NCBI GenBank assembly: GCA_016875715.1
Contig: VGOZ01000001.1
Span: 41,690-105,689, forward strand
DNA length: 64,000 bases
Direction of reading: 5' to 3'
Origin: Chloroflexota bacterium
GTDB taxonomy: Bacteria > Chloroflexota > UBA6077 > FW602-bin22
Made by a program: the position numbers and the translations under genes. Shown here piece by piece: positions 35,396 through 43,953 of the stretch; within the stretch, counting starts at the first letter, position 1; the number at the start of each line of letters is the position of its first letter. The notes beneath the pieces are model-generated. The model saw only the letters and a program-made list of their open reading frames with translations. It ran no database searches and was not told the origin of the DNA.

Positions 35396-36423
35396 CCCTT
35401 TCCGATCCCCTGAGCGCCGCGGCGACGCGGTTTGGTCCGGCGCTCGATCGTGAACTCCGCGAGGCGGTGCCGGACGAGTCGAGGGGAGCCATTTACCGTC
35501 TCGTTCGGTACCATCTCGGATGGGCGACGCAGAATGGCGTTGTGGCGCGCGCCGAGCCGGGAAAGCGCCTGCGCCCCTACCTTCTCCTTCTCGCGTGTGA
35601 GTCAGCGGGCGGCCGCGCGGACGGCGGCTTGCCCGCCGCGGCGGCGGTTGAACTGCTGCACAACTTCTCCCTGATCCACGACGACATCCAGGATCGCTCG
35701 CCCCAGCGGCGCCATCGCGCCACCGTCTGGAGCATCTGGGGCGAGGCTCAGGCGATCAACGCGGGCGACGTTCTTCACGCGATCGCGTCACGATCGTTCC
35801 TTCGCTGTGCGGAGCGCGGCGTATCACTCGGTGCTACCCATCGGGCGCTGGCCCTCTTCCACGAGAGTTGCTACCGCCTCGTGGAGGGGCAGTATCTCGA
35901 TCTGACGTTCGAGTCGCGCGTCGACGTGAGCCCGGCGGAGTATCTCGCGATGGTGGACGGCAAGACAGGCGCGCTCATCGCCGCCTGCGTGGAGATCGGC
36001 GCCGTCCTAGCCGGGCGGGATGGCGCGGCCTGGCGTGCCGTCGGCAGGGCGTTCGGTCGCGCCTTTCAGATCGTCGACGACGTCCTCGGGGTTTGGGGCG
36101 ACCCTGCGGTCCTCGGCAAGTCCGTCGACGACGACATTCGTTCCGCGAAGAAGTCGCTGCCAGTTCTTCTTGCTCGAGAGTCGCTCTCGGCGACCGATCG
36201 CACTTGCCTCGACACGCTCTACGGTGCAGATCGTCGGTCCGATGACGATGTGGAGACGATTCGGAGGATGCTCGACCAGTCCGGCGCGCGAGAACGGGCG
36301 TTGGACCACGCACGCGCTGCGGCGATGGAAGGAGAGGCGGCGCTCGCGGTGATACAGGAGCGTGGGGCGGCGGTCGCGCCGCTGACATCCTTGCTGCGCG
36401 TCCTTGTGGAACGACACCGTTAG
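35392..36423 (+). CDS. trans-polyprenyl diphosphate synthase (GGPP/long-chain type)
   Basis: It has the first Asp-rich motif LIHDDIQDRSPQRRHR and the second, FQIVDDVLGVWGD. Confidence 0.85.
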   Translation: MTLSDPLSAAATRFGPALDRELREAVPDESRGAIYRLVRYHLGWATQNGVVARAEPGKRLRPYLLLLACESAGGRADGGLPAAAAVELLHNFSLIHDDIQDRSPQRRHRATVWSIWGEAQAINAGDVLHAIASRSFLRCAERGVSLGATHRALALFHESCYRLVEGQYLDLTFESRVDVSPAEYLAMVDGKTGALIAACVEIGAVLAGRDGAAWRAVGRAFGRAFQIVDDVLGVWGDPAVLGKSVDDDIRSAKKSLPVLLARESLSATDRTCLDTLYGADRRSDDDVETIRRMLDQSGARERALDHARAAAMEGEAALAVIQERGAAVAPLTSLLRVLVERHR

Positions 36424-36530
36424 AGTCACGTGCGGCGTTCTCCGCGTGGAACCCGTTAGAAATCCATCGGTGTATCACGGTCGCGACGCGCGGCGAATCT
36501 AGAATGCGCCTGTTACGGTCAAGTTAGCGC

Positions 36531-37805
36531 ATGATGGATCGGCGGCAGCGGGCCCTGGTGGTTGGCCGCAATCTGCCATCGATCTGGCGTTTGCAGTCTG
36601 TGCTCCTCAGGGCGGGATTCTTTCCACGCGCGATGCAGATCGACGGTACCGACGACCCGGGCGACGAACCCACCAATCTCGTGCTCTTCGATGGCGATGT
36701 CCGTGGTGCTGAGGCGCTCCGCGTGCTGGGCCGCCTCACACCCGCGGACGGAGCCACAGACGTGCCCGCGATCTTCCTCGGCGGCGATCGGCCGGACTCC
36801 GCGACCGAGCGCTCGCTTCCGCTCGGGGCGGACGATTCCGCCATCCGTGGCGCGATCGCGGACCTCACGATGCAACGCCCCATCCCCAATCCGCGCAGTC
36901 TCGGATACGGCGGCGAGAGCGGCCTGGATCTGACGGCCGAAGACGCGGCGGTCCTTACCCCGCGCCGCCGGGAGGCCCGAGCGCCACTCGCGGCGCGCAC
37001 CCTCGTCGCCGCACTCACGATCGGTACGGTCATAGCTGCGTACTCCCTGGGCATCGCTCCCTGGTCGGCGGACGACAGATCGAACGACGCGGCGGCTCTC
37101 ACCACCGGCGCCGAACCGCCAGCCCCCACCCCAACCCCCGCGCCCACCAGACCCTCACCCGATCCCACCGCGGCTGTGCCACCCGTCGTCGAGGCAACGG
37201 CAACGGCACCTAGAACGCCGATGCTGTCGGCGCTCGCGGTGAGTGATGTGGAAACACCAACTCCGCGGCCGCCCACGAGGGTTGTGTCGCCAACGATGAC
37301 CGCTGTGCCGACAGCTCCGCCGCAGCGGTATGGTGCGATTGAGGGCCGTATCACCGATGCGTTGGGAGCCGCCGCCATTCCGGGCGCCCAGGTCCTGATC
37401 CTCGGCTCCGTGCGGATCGAGACCACAACCAGTGGCGACGGGCGCTACTACGTTTCCGATCTGCCGCCTGGTAGCTACCAAGTGACTGCTGTCGCGCCCG
37501 GGTACGTGCGTGCGGCCAATCGCACCGCGATCGTCGCCGCCGTCACCACGACCGACAATCTGGCCCTAGAACCGCTCGCGGGTCGTCAGCCTGGCGCGGC
37601 ACGCAGCGTGACCGACGCGCGCACGGGAAGACTCGTGCCGGTGTATAGCTACGAGGTCCGTCCCGGTGATATCCTCGCCGACATCGCCAGCCGTATCGGA
37701 GCCACGCCCGAAGAGATCCTGGCACTCAACCGGCTCGACCCGCCCGGTCGCCTTCCTGTGGGCCTCGTGTTGAACCTCCCGGCGTCGACCTTCGGCGAGA
37801 AGTAG
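36531..37805 (+). CDS. membrane protein: degenerate receiver-like N-domain, TM helix, Pro/Thr linker, carboxypeptidase-regulatory-like domain, C-terminal LysM
   Basis: - The N-terminus RALVVG...NLVLFDGDV...PAIFLGG resembles a CheY-like fold without the full acidic pocket.
- The TM helix is LVAALTIGTVIAAYSLGIA.
- The linker is PPAPTPTPAPTRPSPDP.
- IEGRITDALGAAAIPGAQVLILG...GRYYVSDLPPGSYQVTAVAPGY is the CarboxypepD_reg pattern.
- YEVRPGDILADIASRIGATPEEILALNRL is LysM. Confidence 0.6.
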   Translation: MMDRRQRALVVGRNLPSIWRLQSVLLRAGFFPRAMQIDGTDDPGDEPTNLVLFDGDVRGAEALRVLGRLTPADGATDVPAIFLGGDRPDSATERSLPLGADDSAIRGAIADLTMQRPIPNPRSLGYGGESGLDLTAEDAAVLTPRRREARAPLAARTLVAALTIGTVIAAYSLGIAPWSADDRSNDAAALTTGAEPPAPTPTPAPTRPSPDPTAAVPPVVEATATAPRTPMLSALAVSDVETPTPRPPTRVVSPTMTAVPTAPPQRYGAIEGRITDALGAAAIPGAQVLILGSVRIETTTSGDGRYYVSDLPPGSYQVTAVAPGYVRAANRTAIVAAVTTTDNLALEPLAGRQPGAARSVTDARTGRLVPVYSYEVRPGDILADIASRIGATPEEILALNRLDPPGRLPVGLVLNLPASTFGEK

Positions 37806-37815
37806 GGAACGATCG

Positions 37816-38994
37816 ATGAGTGAAGAAGCCGAAAGCCGGGTTCAGCCGATTGCCGGAACCACCGGATATGAGATCGAGATGGCCTCTGCCCTTCAGGCGG
37901 CGGACCTCGATCGGGACTGGTCGACCCGTCGCCTCGAGATCTACCGAGCGCTCGACGCAGCCGTCCAGCAGTCGGTGGCGAGCGTGCTGCAGGCCGCCGC
38001 CGAGACGCGTCAGGCGATGGAAGCGGAGGCGAAGCAAGTGCTGGATCGGCTTCGGCACGAGCGATCGCGTCTCATTGAGGACATCCGTGAATACCGTCGC
38101 CAGCGCGACGGTCTCTCCGCCGAGATCAGCGACGCGCGGCGCCGCGCCGAAGAGGAGGCATCTCGCATCAAGCGTGCCGCCGAGGCGGAGAAGACCGGGA
38201 TGTTGCGTGACGCGGAGAACCGGAAGGTCGAACTGACCGCTGAGATTCAGAGACTCGAGCAACAGCTCGCCGACGTATCCTCCGGCATCCAATCGCTCCT
38301 GCAAGAGCAGATCGGCCGGGTTCGGGCTGAGGTCAGCACGCCAGCCCGCCGTCCTCCCGAGCGCCCGGCTCGTGTGGTCGAGCAGATGCGCCCGCCCCCG
38401 AGCAGTCGGACACCGTCCAGCCCCGCACCCATCGAGGGCTCGGCGCGCGAACAGGAGCCGCAGCCGACCGTGCGCACTTCGGCGCCACCACCTCCTGCGG
38501 AGCCAGTCGTCCGCGCATATCGGTCGGCTGGAGATATCGCTGAGAGCGCCGACGATCGTCCGAGCGCCGGCGGTCACCGCGACCCCGCCGTCCCCGTCTC
38601 CGCACCGCCTACGGAATTGGCGCCTCCCAGAGTCGCGTCAACCCCCTCGGTCGTGAGGGAGGCGCCGGATCCTCCTCCGTCGACAATCTCCACCGCATCC
38701 GTCGCGCCGCCGACGCCAACCACGGCCGCCGGAGGTCCTGTGCGCATCGAGGTGGCGGTCGTTAACACGCCGAGCTTCGCTCGTGCTCTCGAGTTTCAGC
38801 GGGGGGTTCAGCGCACCGAAGGTGTGCGACAGGTGCAGGCGCTCCAGTTCGAGGGTGGCCGGCTGGTCCTCGCGGTGGAACACGATGCCGCACTGGATCT
38901 GGCCACGGCCGTGAGTCGACTCCCTGGCTTCGGCGTCGCCCTGGTTGGTCGCGATGCGAGCCGCCTGGAGTTCGCGTTCCCCGCAACAACCTGA
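37816..38994 (+). CDS. coiled-coil protein with Pro-rich middle and conserved-looking C-terminal domain (function unknown)
   Basis: 392 aa. Residues roughly 40-190 are heptad-rich and charged (RLRHERSRLIEDIREYRRQRDGLSAEISDARRRAEEEASRIKRAAEAEK...). A P/S/A-rich segment follows, then VRIEVAVVNTPSFARALEFQRGVQRTEGVRQVQALQFEGGRLVLAVEH. Confidence 0.5.
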   Translation: MSEEAESRVQPIAGTTGYEIEMASALQAADLDRDWSTRRLEIYRALDAAVQQSVASVLQAAAETRQAMEAEAKQVLDRLRHERSRLIEDIREYRRQRDGLSAEISDARRRAEEEASRIKRAAEAEKTGMLRDAENRKVELTAEIQRLEQQLADVSSGIQSLLQEQIGRVRAEVSTPARRPPERPARVVEQMRPPPSSRTPSSPAPIEGSAREQEPQPTVRTSAPPPPAEPVVRAYRSAGDIAESADDRPSAGGHRDPAVPVSAPPTELAPPRVASTPSVVREAPDPPPSTISTASVAPPTPTTAAGGPVRIEVAVVNTPSFARALEFQRGVQRTEGVRQVQALQFEGGRLVLAVEHDAALDLATAVSRLPGFGVALVGRDASRLEFAFPATT

Positions 38995-39008
38995 AGCGAC
39001 AGCCTCTT

Positions 39009-40190
39009 TCAGGCGGGCCCCGGGTCGCGCGCTGCGGTGAGAACGCGCGCGAAGACCTCGTTGCCGAGGAGTCGTCCGCGGTCTGTCAGCGCGACACGTG
39101 AAGCGGACCGCGCCACCAGTCCCTGCTCCACGAGAGAATTGAGCGGCTCGGCGAGGCGGCCAACCGCCGGGCCAAGGCGCTCGCGAAGCGCGCTCAGATC
39201 AATGCCCTCCCTCAGGCGGAGGCCAAGCATCGCAGTCTCGCCCAGTTCGAGATCAGCCGGGATCGTCTCGCGCTCCTCGACCGTCGCCTCACCATGTTCG
39301 ACCTGTGCGATCCAGGCCGCCGGGGCGCGTGTCGCGATCGTTCGGGCGCCGCCGAACCATGAGTGAGCGCCGGGACCGATACCGACGTACTCCTGGTTGC
39401 GCCAGTACCGCAGGTTGTGGCGGCACGCGAATCGCTCATCGCGCGCCCAGTTCGAGATCTCGTAGTGGACGTATCCCGCCTCCCCGAGCATTTCGGTGGC
39501 GAGCTCATATTGATCGGCCATCTCGTCCTCGGTCGCCGGAGCCAGGATGCCGCGACTGCGCTGCAGGTGGAAGATCGTTCCCGGTTCGATGGTCAGCGCG
39601 TACGCGGAGAGATGCTCTGGTGCGAGTTCGATGGCTCTGCGGAGCGTCTCCCGCCACGTCGCGAGCGATTGCCCGGGGAGACCGTAGATGAAATCCAGGT
39701 TGACGTTCTCGAATCCGGCGTGGCGCGCGAGTTCACGCGCGGCTAGGGCTTGCTCGACCGAGTGGATGCGCCCGATTCGCGCCAAAAGCGTCGCGTCAAA
39801 ACTCTGAATCCCGTAAGAGATGCGATTGACGCCGATCCGGCGGAGAGCAGCAAGGCGGGCGGCAGCCACAGTCCCGGGGTTCGCCTCCAGCGAGATCTCG
39901 GCATCATTGGCGACGGCCATGTGGCCGCGCGCCGCTTCGAGGATCGCCTGCACCTCGGTTGGGTCGAGCAGGCTGGGCGTGCCTCCGCCGAAGTTCACGG
40001 TCTCGGCTGCCAGATCGACCTCCGCCGCGCCGAGTCCGGCCGGTGCTCGTCGGATCTCCCGCACGGCAGCCCGGACGTATGGCCCGCGCAATCGGTCTAA
40101 CCCGGCAAAGGAGTTGAAATCGCAGTAGTGGCACTTGGCGGGGCAGAACGGCACATGAATGTACAGGCCGACGGATCGCCGCACCATCAC
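39009..40190 (-). CDS. hemW: radical SAM heme chaperone HemW (oxygen-independent coproporphyrinogen III oxidase-like)
   Basis: It has LYIHVPFCPAKCHYCDFNS (CxxxCxxC) and a HemN_C-like C-terminus. Three alternative starts (GTG 40190, ATG 40187, GTG 40184) lie directly behind a TATAGT hexamer. Confidence 0.85.
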   Translation of the reverse strand: MMVRRSVGLYIHVPFCPAKCHYCDFNSFAGLDRLRGPYVRAAVREIRRAPAGLGAAEVDLAAETVNFGGGTPSLLDPTEVQAILEAARGHMAVANDAEISLEANPGTVAAARLAALRRIGVNRISYGIQSFDATLLARIGRIHSVEQALAARELARHAGFENVNLDFIYGLPGQSLATWRETLRRAIELAPEHLSAYALTIEPGTIFHLQRSRGILAPATEDEMADQYELATEMLGEAGYVHYEISNWARDERFACRHNLRYWRNQEYVGIGPGAHSWFGGARTIATRAPAAWIAQVEHGEATVEERETIPADLELGETAMLGLRLREGIDLSALRERLGPAVGRLAEPLNSLVEQGLVARSASRVALTDRGRLLGNEVFARVLTAARDPGPA

Positions 40191-40191
40191 G

Positions 40192-40202
40192 ACTATACTT
40201 TT
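40192..40202. promoter_or_regulatory. ACTATACTTTT motif (copy 1): overlapping divergent -10 hexamers TATACT (+) / TATAGT (-) between hemW and prfB
   Basis: The identical 11-mer recurs at 61962-61972. The minus-strand TATAGT abuts the hemW start codons. The plus-strand TATACT lies 34 nt before the prfB GTG. Confidence 0.45.
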
Positions 40203-40233
40203 CGCGAGCTCAGAGTCCTTCGCGGGAGAGGTT

Positions 40234-41335
40234 GTGGACGATCTACGTGCGCGCCTGATCGAACTGCGCCAGCGGGTGCAGGGGCTTGAGGTGCGGCTTT
40301 GACCTCCCCGAAAAGACGAAACAACTCCACGCGCTAGAGCAGGAGTCGACCGCCGACGGCTTCTGGTCCGATGCCGCGGTAGCGTCCGCCCATATGCGGC
40401 GCCTGACGGAAGTGCGCGAGGTAGTCGACCTCTGGAACAGCCTGGGGCGCCGTATCGACGATGCCACCACGCTTCTCGAACTTGCCGCCGAGGAGAATGA
40501 CACGGCGATCGTCGACGAAATGAGCGCCGAGACGGATGCGCTGGAGCGCGAACTGGGCCGGCGGGAGTTCGATCTCCGGTTCAGCGGTCCGTACGATGGG
40601 AGATCGGCGATCCTGGCTATTTACGCTGGCGCGGGAGGCACCGAATCGCAGGACTGGGCCGAGATGCTCACGCGAATGTACGTCCGCTGGGCGGAACGGA
40701 ACGGCTTCGGGGCCGAGGTGCTCGACTCCTCCGCCGGCGAGGAAGCAGGATTGAAGAGTGTCTCGCTGGAGATTTCCGGGCGGAACGTCTACGGGAACCT
40801 GCGTTCGGAGCACGGTGTGCACCGCCTGGTGAGATTGTCGCCGTTCGACTCTGCCCACCGTCGTCATACGTCGTTCGCCAATGTCGAGGTGCTGCCCGAG
40901 GTGGAGGGCCTCAACGAGGTCGTCATCGCGCCCGACGATGTCCGGATGGATGTCTTTCGGTCTTCCGGGGCGGGCGGACAGAACGTCCAGAAGACGAGCA
41001 CCGCAGTGCGACTGACGCATATCCCCACGGGTATCGTGGTGACGTGCCAAAACGAGCGTTCCCAGATTCAGAATCGCGAGACCGCGATGAAGATCCTCAT
41101 GGCGCGGCTTACCGCCACCGAAGCCCAGAAACGAGAAGCGGAGCAGGCTGAGCTGCGCGGCGACCGCGTGGACGCCGGCTGGGGGAACCAGATCCGGTCA
41201 TACGTCCTCCACCCCTATCGGATGGTCAAGGACCATCGGACTGAAATGGAGACCAGCAATACCGACGCCGTGCTGGATGGTGACCTCACGACGTTCATCG
41301 ATGCCTACCTCGCCCAGCGGATCGGGAAGAACTGA
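40234..41335 (+). CDS. prfB: peptide chain release factor 2, expressed via programmed +1 frameshift (join 40234..40299, 40301..41335)
   Basis: Frame 0 (GTG 40234) reads MDDLRARLIELRQRVQGLEVRL and then the TGA at 40300. After a +1 shift it reads DLPEKTKQLHALEQESTADGFWSD. It has the RF2 SPF motif (RLSPFDS) and GGQ (SSGAGGQNVQK). Confidence 0.95.
40288..40303 (+). promoter_or_regulatory. RF2 autoregulatory +1 frameshift site
   Basis: GAGGTG (SD-like), then cgg, then CTT TGA C. The SD-like element sits exactly 3 nt upstream of CUU UGA C, as in the canonical prfB site. Confidence 0.9.
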
Positions 41336-41487
41336 CCCTTCGTCCAGAGGGCCTGGGCGCGTCGCCGGCGCAAGTACTCACCGTCCCGGTCGAGTTGGAG
41401 CATCGGAAGATCATCGCGAGACAGGGGCGTCCGCCGCTAGAGACGGATTCGAGTGGTGCCTGACGGTCCCTCGATCGCCGTCGGTGC

Positions 41488-42081
41488 CTACGACGCGGCG
41501 TCTTCCTTCGAGACGTCGACCGTGAGGGGCTCTTCCAGCACAGAGAAGCGGTTGCCGCCGATGTGATGGAGCGGGCGAAGATCTCGCTCCTTGAGCAGGT
41601 ACGTACTGTCGAAGGACTCCTTCGCCGCGCTCGCGTGAACGATCTCAGCGATAAAGATGGTATGGTCGCCGGGCGATACCGCCTCGGTCACCGCGCACTC
41701 CAGGTGCGCGATGCATTCCTCGATGAGCACGGGCCGCACGACGTGCGGCCCCTCTTCGTGAAGCCCCATCACCTTCAACTTGTTCTGGTCGCGTCCCGAG
41801 ACCGACCCGCAGTAAAGGACCTGGCGCATCAACTCCACCGTCGGGATGTTGAGGGCGAACTCGCTGGAGCGCCGAATCAGTTCGTGAGTCATGGTTCCCT
41901 GGTGAACGCTGAGACCGATCAGGATCGGCCGATAGCTGACCGGGGTGAGCCACGACCCGGCCATCACGTTCATGTCGCCGCGGTAGTAGGAGGTGACCAT
42001 GGTGACTGGACCGCAGGCCAGGAGGCGGTACGCGAGTTCGCGCGGGATCTCTCGTTTCGGCATGCGGAATCTATTATCCAT
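41488..42081 (-). CDS. flavin reductase-like (FMN-binding split-barrel) protein
   Basis: VTMVTSYYRGDMNVMAGSWLTPVSYRPILIGLSVHQGTMTHELIRRSSEFALNIP is typical of Flavin_Reduct domains. The second Met (42063) is a plausible start. Confidence 0.75.
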   Translation of the reverse strand: MDNRFRMPKREIPRELAYRLLACGPVTMVTSYYRGDMNVMAGSWLTPVSYRPILIGLSVHQGTMTHELIRRSSEFALNIPTVELMRQVLYCGSVSGRDQNKLKVMGLHEEGPHVVRPVLIEECIAHLECAVTEAVSPGDHTIFIAEIVHASAAKESFDSTYLLKERDLRPLHHIGGNRFSVLEEPLTVDVSKEDAAS

Positions 42082-42083
42082 CC

Positions 42084-42710
42084 GTGGTTGTCGTTGTGGA
42101 CTACGGCGCGGGAAACCTCCGCAGCGTCGTGCGGGCAGTGGAACGCGCTGGGGTTCAGCCGGTCGTCTCGCACGATCCTCGTGACCTCGATCGGGCCGAT
42201 GCGGTCATCCTTCCCGGCGTCGGGGCGGCGGCGGATACCATGGCACATCTCGGGGCCTACGGGTTGGTGGATCCGATCCGGGCGTACATTCGCGGCGGCC
42301 GCCCGTTCCTAGGGGTCTGCATGGGGCTCCAGGCCCTCCTCACAGGTAGTGAGGAGGGAGGGTGGCATCCCTGTCTCGATGTGATGGCCGGGCGTGTCGC
42401 GCGCTTCGGGGAAGATCTGATCGTGCCTCACATGGGTTGGAACTCCGTGCATCAGCAGCGGCCCCACCCGGTGTTCGAGGGGATCCCGAATCCGGCGTTC
42501 TTCTACTTCGTGCATTCCTACTACTGCCAGCCGAGCGACGTCACGATGATCGCCGCGACAACCCCGTACGGCGGCGACTTCGCGAGTGTGCTCGCGCACG
42601 ATAACGTCGTGGCAACGCAGTTTCACCCGGAGAAGTCCGGCGACGCGGGCCTCCGCTTGTATGAGAACTTCCTGATCTGGGCGGGCGTGCGGGAGCGGGC
42701 GGCCGCCTGA
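42084..42710 (+). CDS. hisH: imidazole glycerol phosphate synthase glutamine amidotransferase subunit HisH
   Basis: It has VVVVDYGAGNLRSVVRAVE, the catalytic GVCMGLQAL and QFHPEKS. No other his genes are adjacent. Confidence 0.85.
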   Translation: MVVVVDYGAGNLRSVVRAVERAGVQPVVSHDPRDLDRADAVILPGVGAAADTMAHLGAYGLVDPIRAYIRGGRPFLGVCMGLQALLTGSEEGGWHPCLDVMAGRVARFGEDLIVPHMGWNSVHQQRPHPVFEGIPNPAFFYFVHSYYCQPSDVTMIAATTPYGGDFASVLAHDNVVATQFHPEKSGDAGLRLYENFLIWAGVRERAAA

Positions 42711-42713
42711 CGG

Positions 42714-43244
42714 CTAAGCGCTTACAGGGTGCGGTGCCTTGCCGTTCGCCCGCGGACATGAATGATGCGAGCCTGGGGTGATTGGGGTATTGCAGAGTGG
42801 GCATCGTGGCCTCCCGGCGGAGACGACCGCCGTGATCTCCGTGCTGAGGCGGCGCATTTGCCCTCGCCCGGCGAGCATTTGGACGGTCGGTGGCCCGTCG
42901 GGATCCGATTCCTGATCGTGAGCGAGGAGCGACAGCGCATCGCGACTCTCGTCGTAGCCGAGTCCGAGGCGGCCGATTCTGAAGTCGACGGACGACCTGG
43001 CTGGAAAGTCGCCGGACTCGGCCGAGGGCGCCATCGCCTCGGACTGACCGACGCGACTGGCTCGAAGCTGCGCGAGGATCTCATCGATCGCCATCCCGAG
43101 CGCCTGAAGTTGCTCTTTCTCCAGCCATAGCGTCGCCGAGCCCTCGGAGGACATCGCGCGCAGGCGGAACGTTCGATTTCCGGGATCCCCGATAGCGTCT
43201 GCCTTGATCGCGTCCACCCTGCCCAGGTCCGACCTCTCCGTCAC
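42714..43244 (-). CDS. DUF3090-family protein
   Basis: The GTG at 43244 overlaps the upstream stop (GTGA). AIGDPGNRTFRLRAMSSEGSATLWLEKEQLQALG...FRIGRLGLGYDE...AGRPRCPLCNTPITPGSHHSCPRANG matches the DUF3090 pattern as I recall it. Confidence 0.65.
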   Translation of the reverse strand: MTERSDLGRVDAIKADAIGDPGNRTFRLRAMSSEGSATLWLEKEQLQALGMAIDEILAQLRASRVGQSEAMAPSAESGDFPARSSVDFRIGRLGLGYDESRDALSLLAHDQESDPDGPPTVQMLAGRGQMRRLSTEITAVVSAGRPRCPLCNTPITPGSHHSCPRANGKAPHPVSA

Positions 43245-43501
43245 GAGACCGCGTCTCCTGTCGACGTTCCGTCGCCGATGCGCAGGTATTCGCGGAGCAA
43301 CCCGTAGAGGCGCTGGCGCTGGGCCGGATCGATCGGCTGAATTCCGAGGTGGTTGATGATCCGGAAGGACTCGTCTCGCCACTCCTGCCAGCAATCGCGG
43401 CAGACACGGGCCAGAATCTCTCGCCCCAGTGCGCCGCCCAGTGGGGCACGGGCCAGCGCCTCAGCCGTACGCGCGCAGCGGGCGCACGTCACCGCGGCCA
43501 T
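43241..43501 (-). CDS. YggX-like Fe(2+)-trafficking / oxidative damage protection protein
   Basis: 86 aa from the internal ATG at 43501. The sequence MAAVTCARCARTAEALARAPLGGALGREILARVCRDCWQEWRDESFRIINHLGIQPIDPAQRQRL resembles the YggX pattern (C..C...P..G.LG..I......W.EW....INE..L...DP..R). Confidence 0.6.
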   Translation of the reverse strand: MAAVTCARCARTAEALARAPLGGALGREILARVCRDCWQEWRDESFRIINHLGIQPIDPAQRQRLYGLLREYLRIGDGTSTGDAVS

Positions 43502-43509
43502 CGTCAGGC

Positions 43510-43953
43510 TCAGTCTCCGGCGAGCCGAGTCGCGATGAGGCGCTCGACGCTCTCTCGCAGAGCCACAACGTCGTCGAGGCCACCGCGAATGATGTTTGCC
43601 GCCAGACGTGCCAACGCGGGATACGGGATCAACCGCCGTCGCCCCACCGTGAGGTCCCCGCCGGTCCGGTCGAGATCCGCGTAGGCCTCGGTTGCGGCAA
43701 GCTCCCCCGTCCACGCCCGCAGATTCCGGTACACCCGGTCCCGCGTGTCGCCGATTCCGGGGAGGAGCCTTCGCGACCACCAGTGGACGTAGTAGCCCGT
43801 GGCGGTTGCTTCGACGCTCAGGCCATCCCGCCCACCACCCATTTCGACCACGAGCGAAGCGACCTCGGCATCCTCCACCACCCGGGCCTCGGTAAGGAAG
43901 GGGCGCAGTTCATCGATCCGTGTACGATGCAGTCCGGCGATTCGGTAGACCAT
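43510..43953 (-). CDS. hypothetical protein
   Basis: 147-aa ORF with protein-like composition. It is co-directional with the two genes downstream and tightly spaced with them. I recognise no family. Confidence 0.45.
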   Translation of the reverse strand: MVYRIAGLHRTRIDELRPFLTEARVVEDAEVASLVVEMGGGRDGLSVEATATGYYVHWWSRRLLPGIGDTRDRVYRNLRAWTGELAATEAYADLDRTGGDLTVGRRRLIPYPALARLAANIIRGGLDDVVALRESVERLIATRLAGD

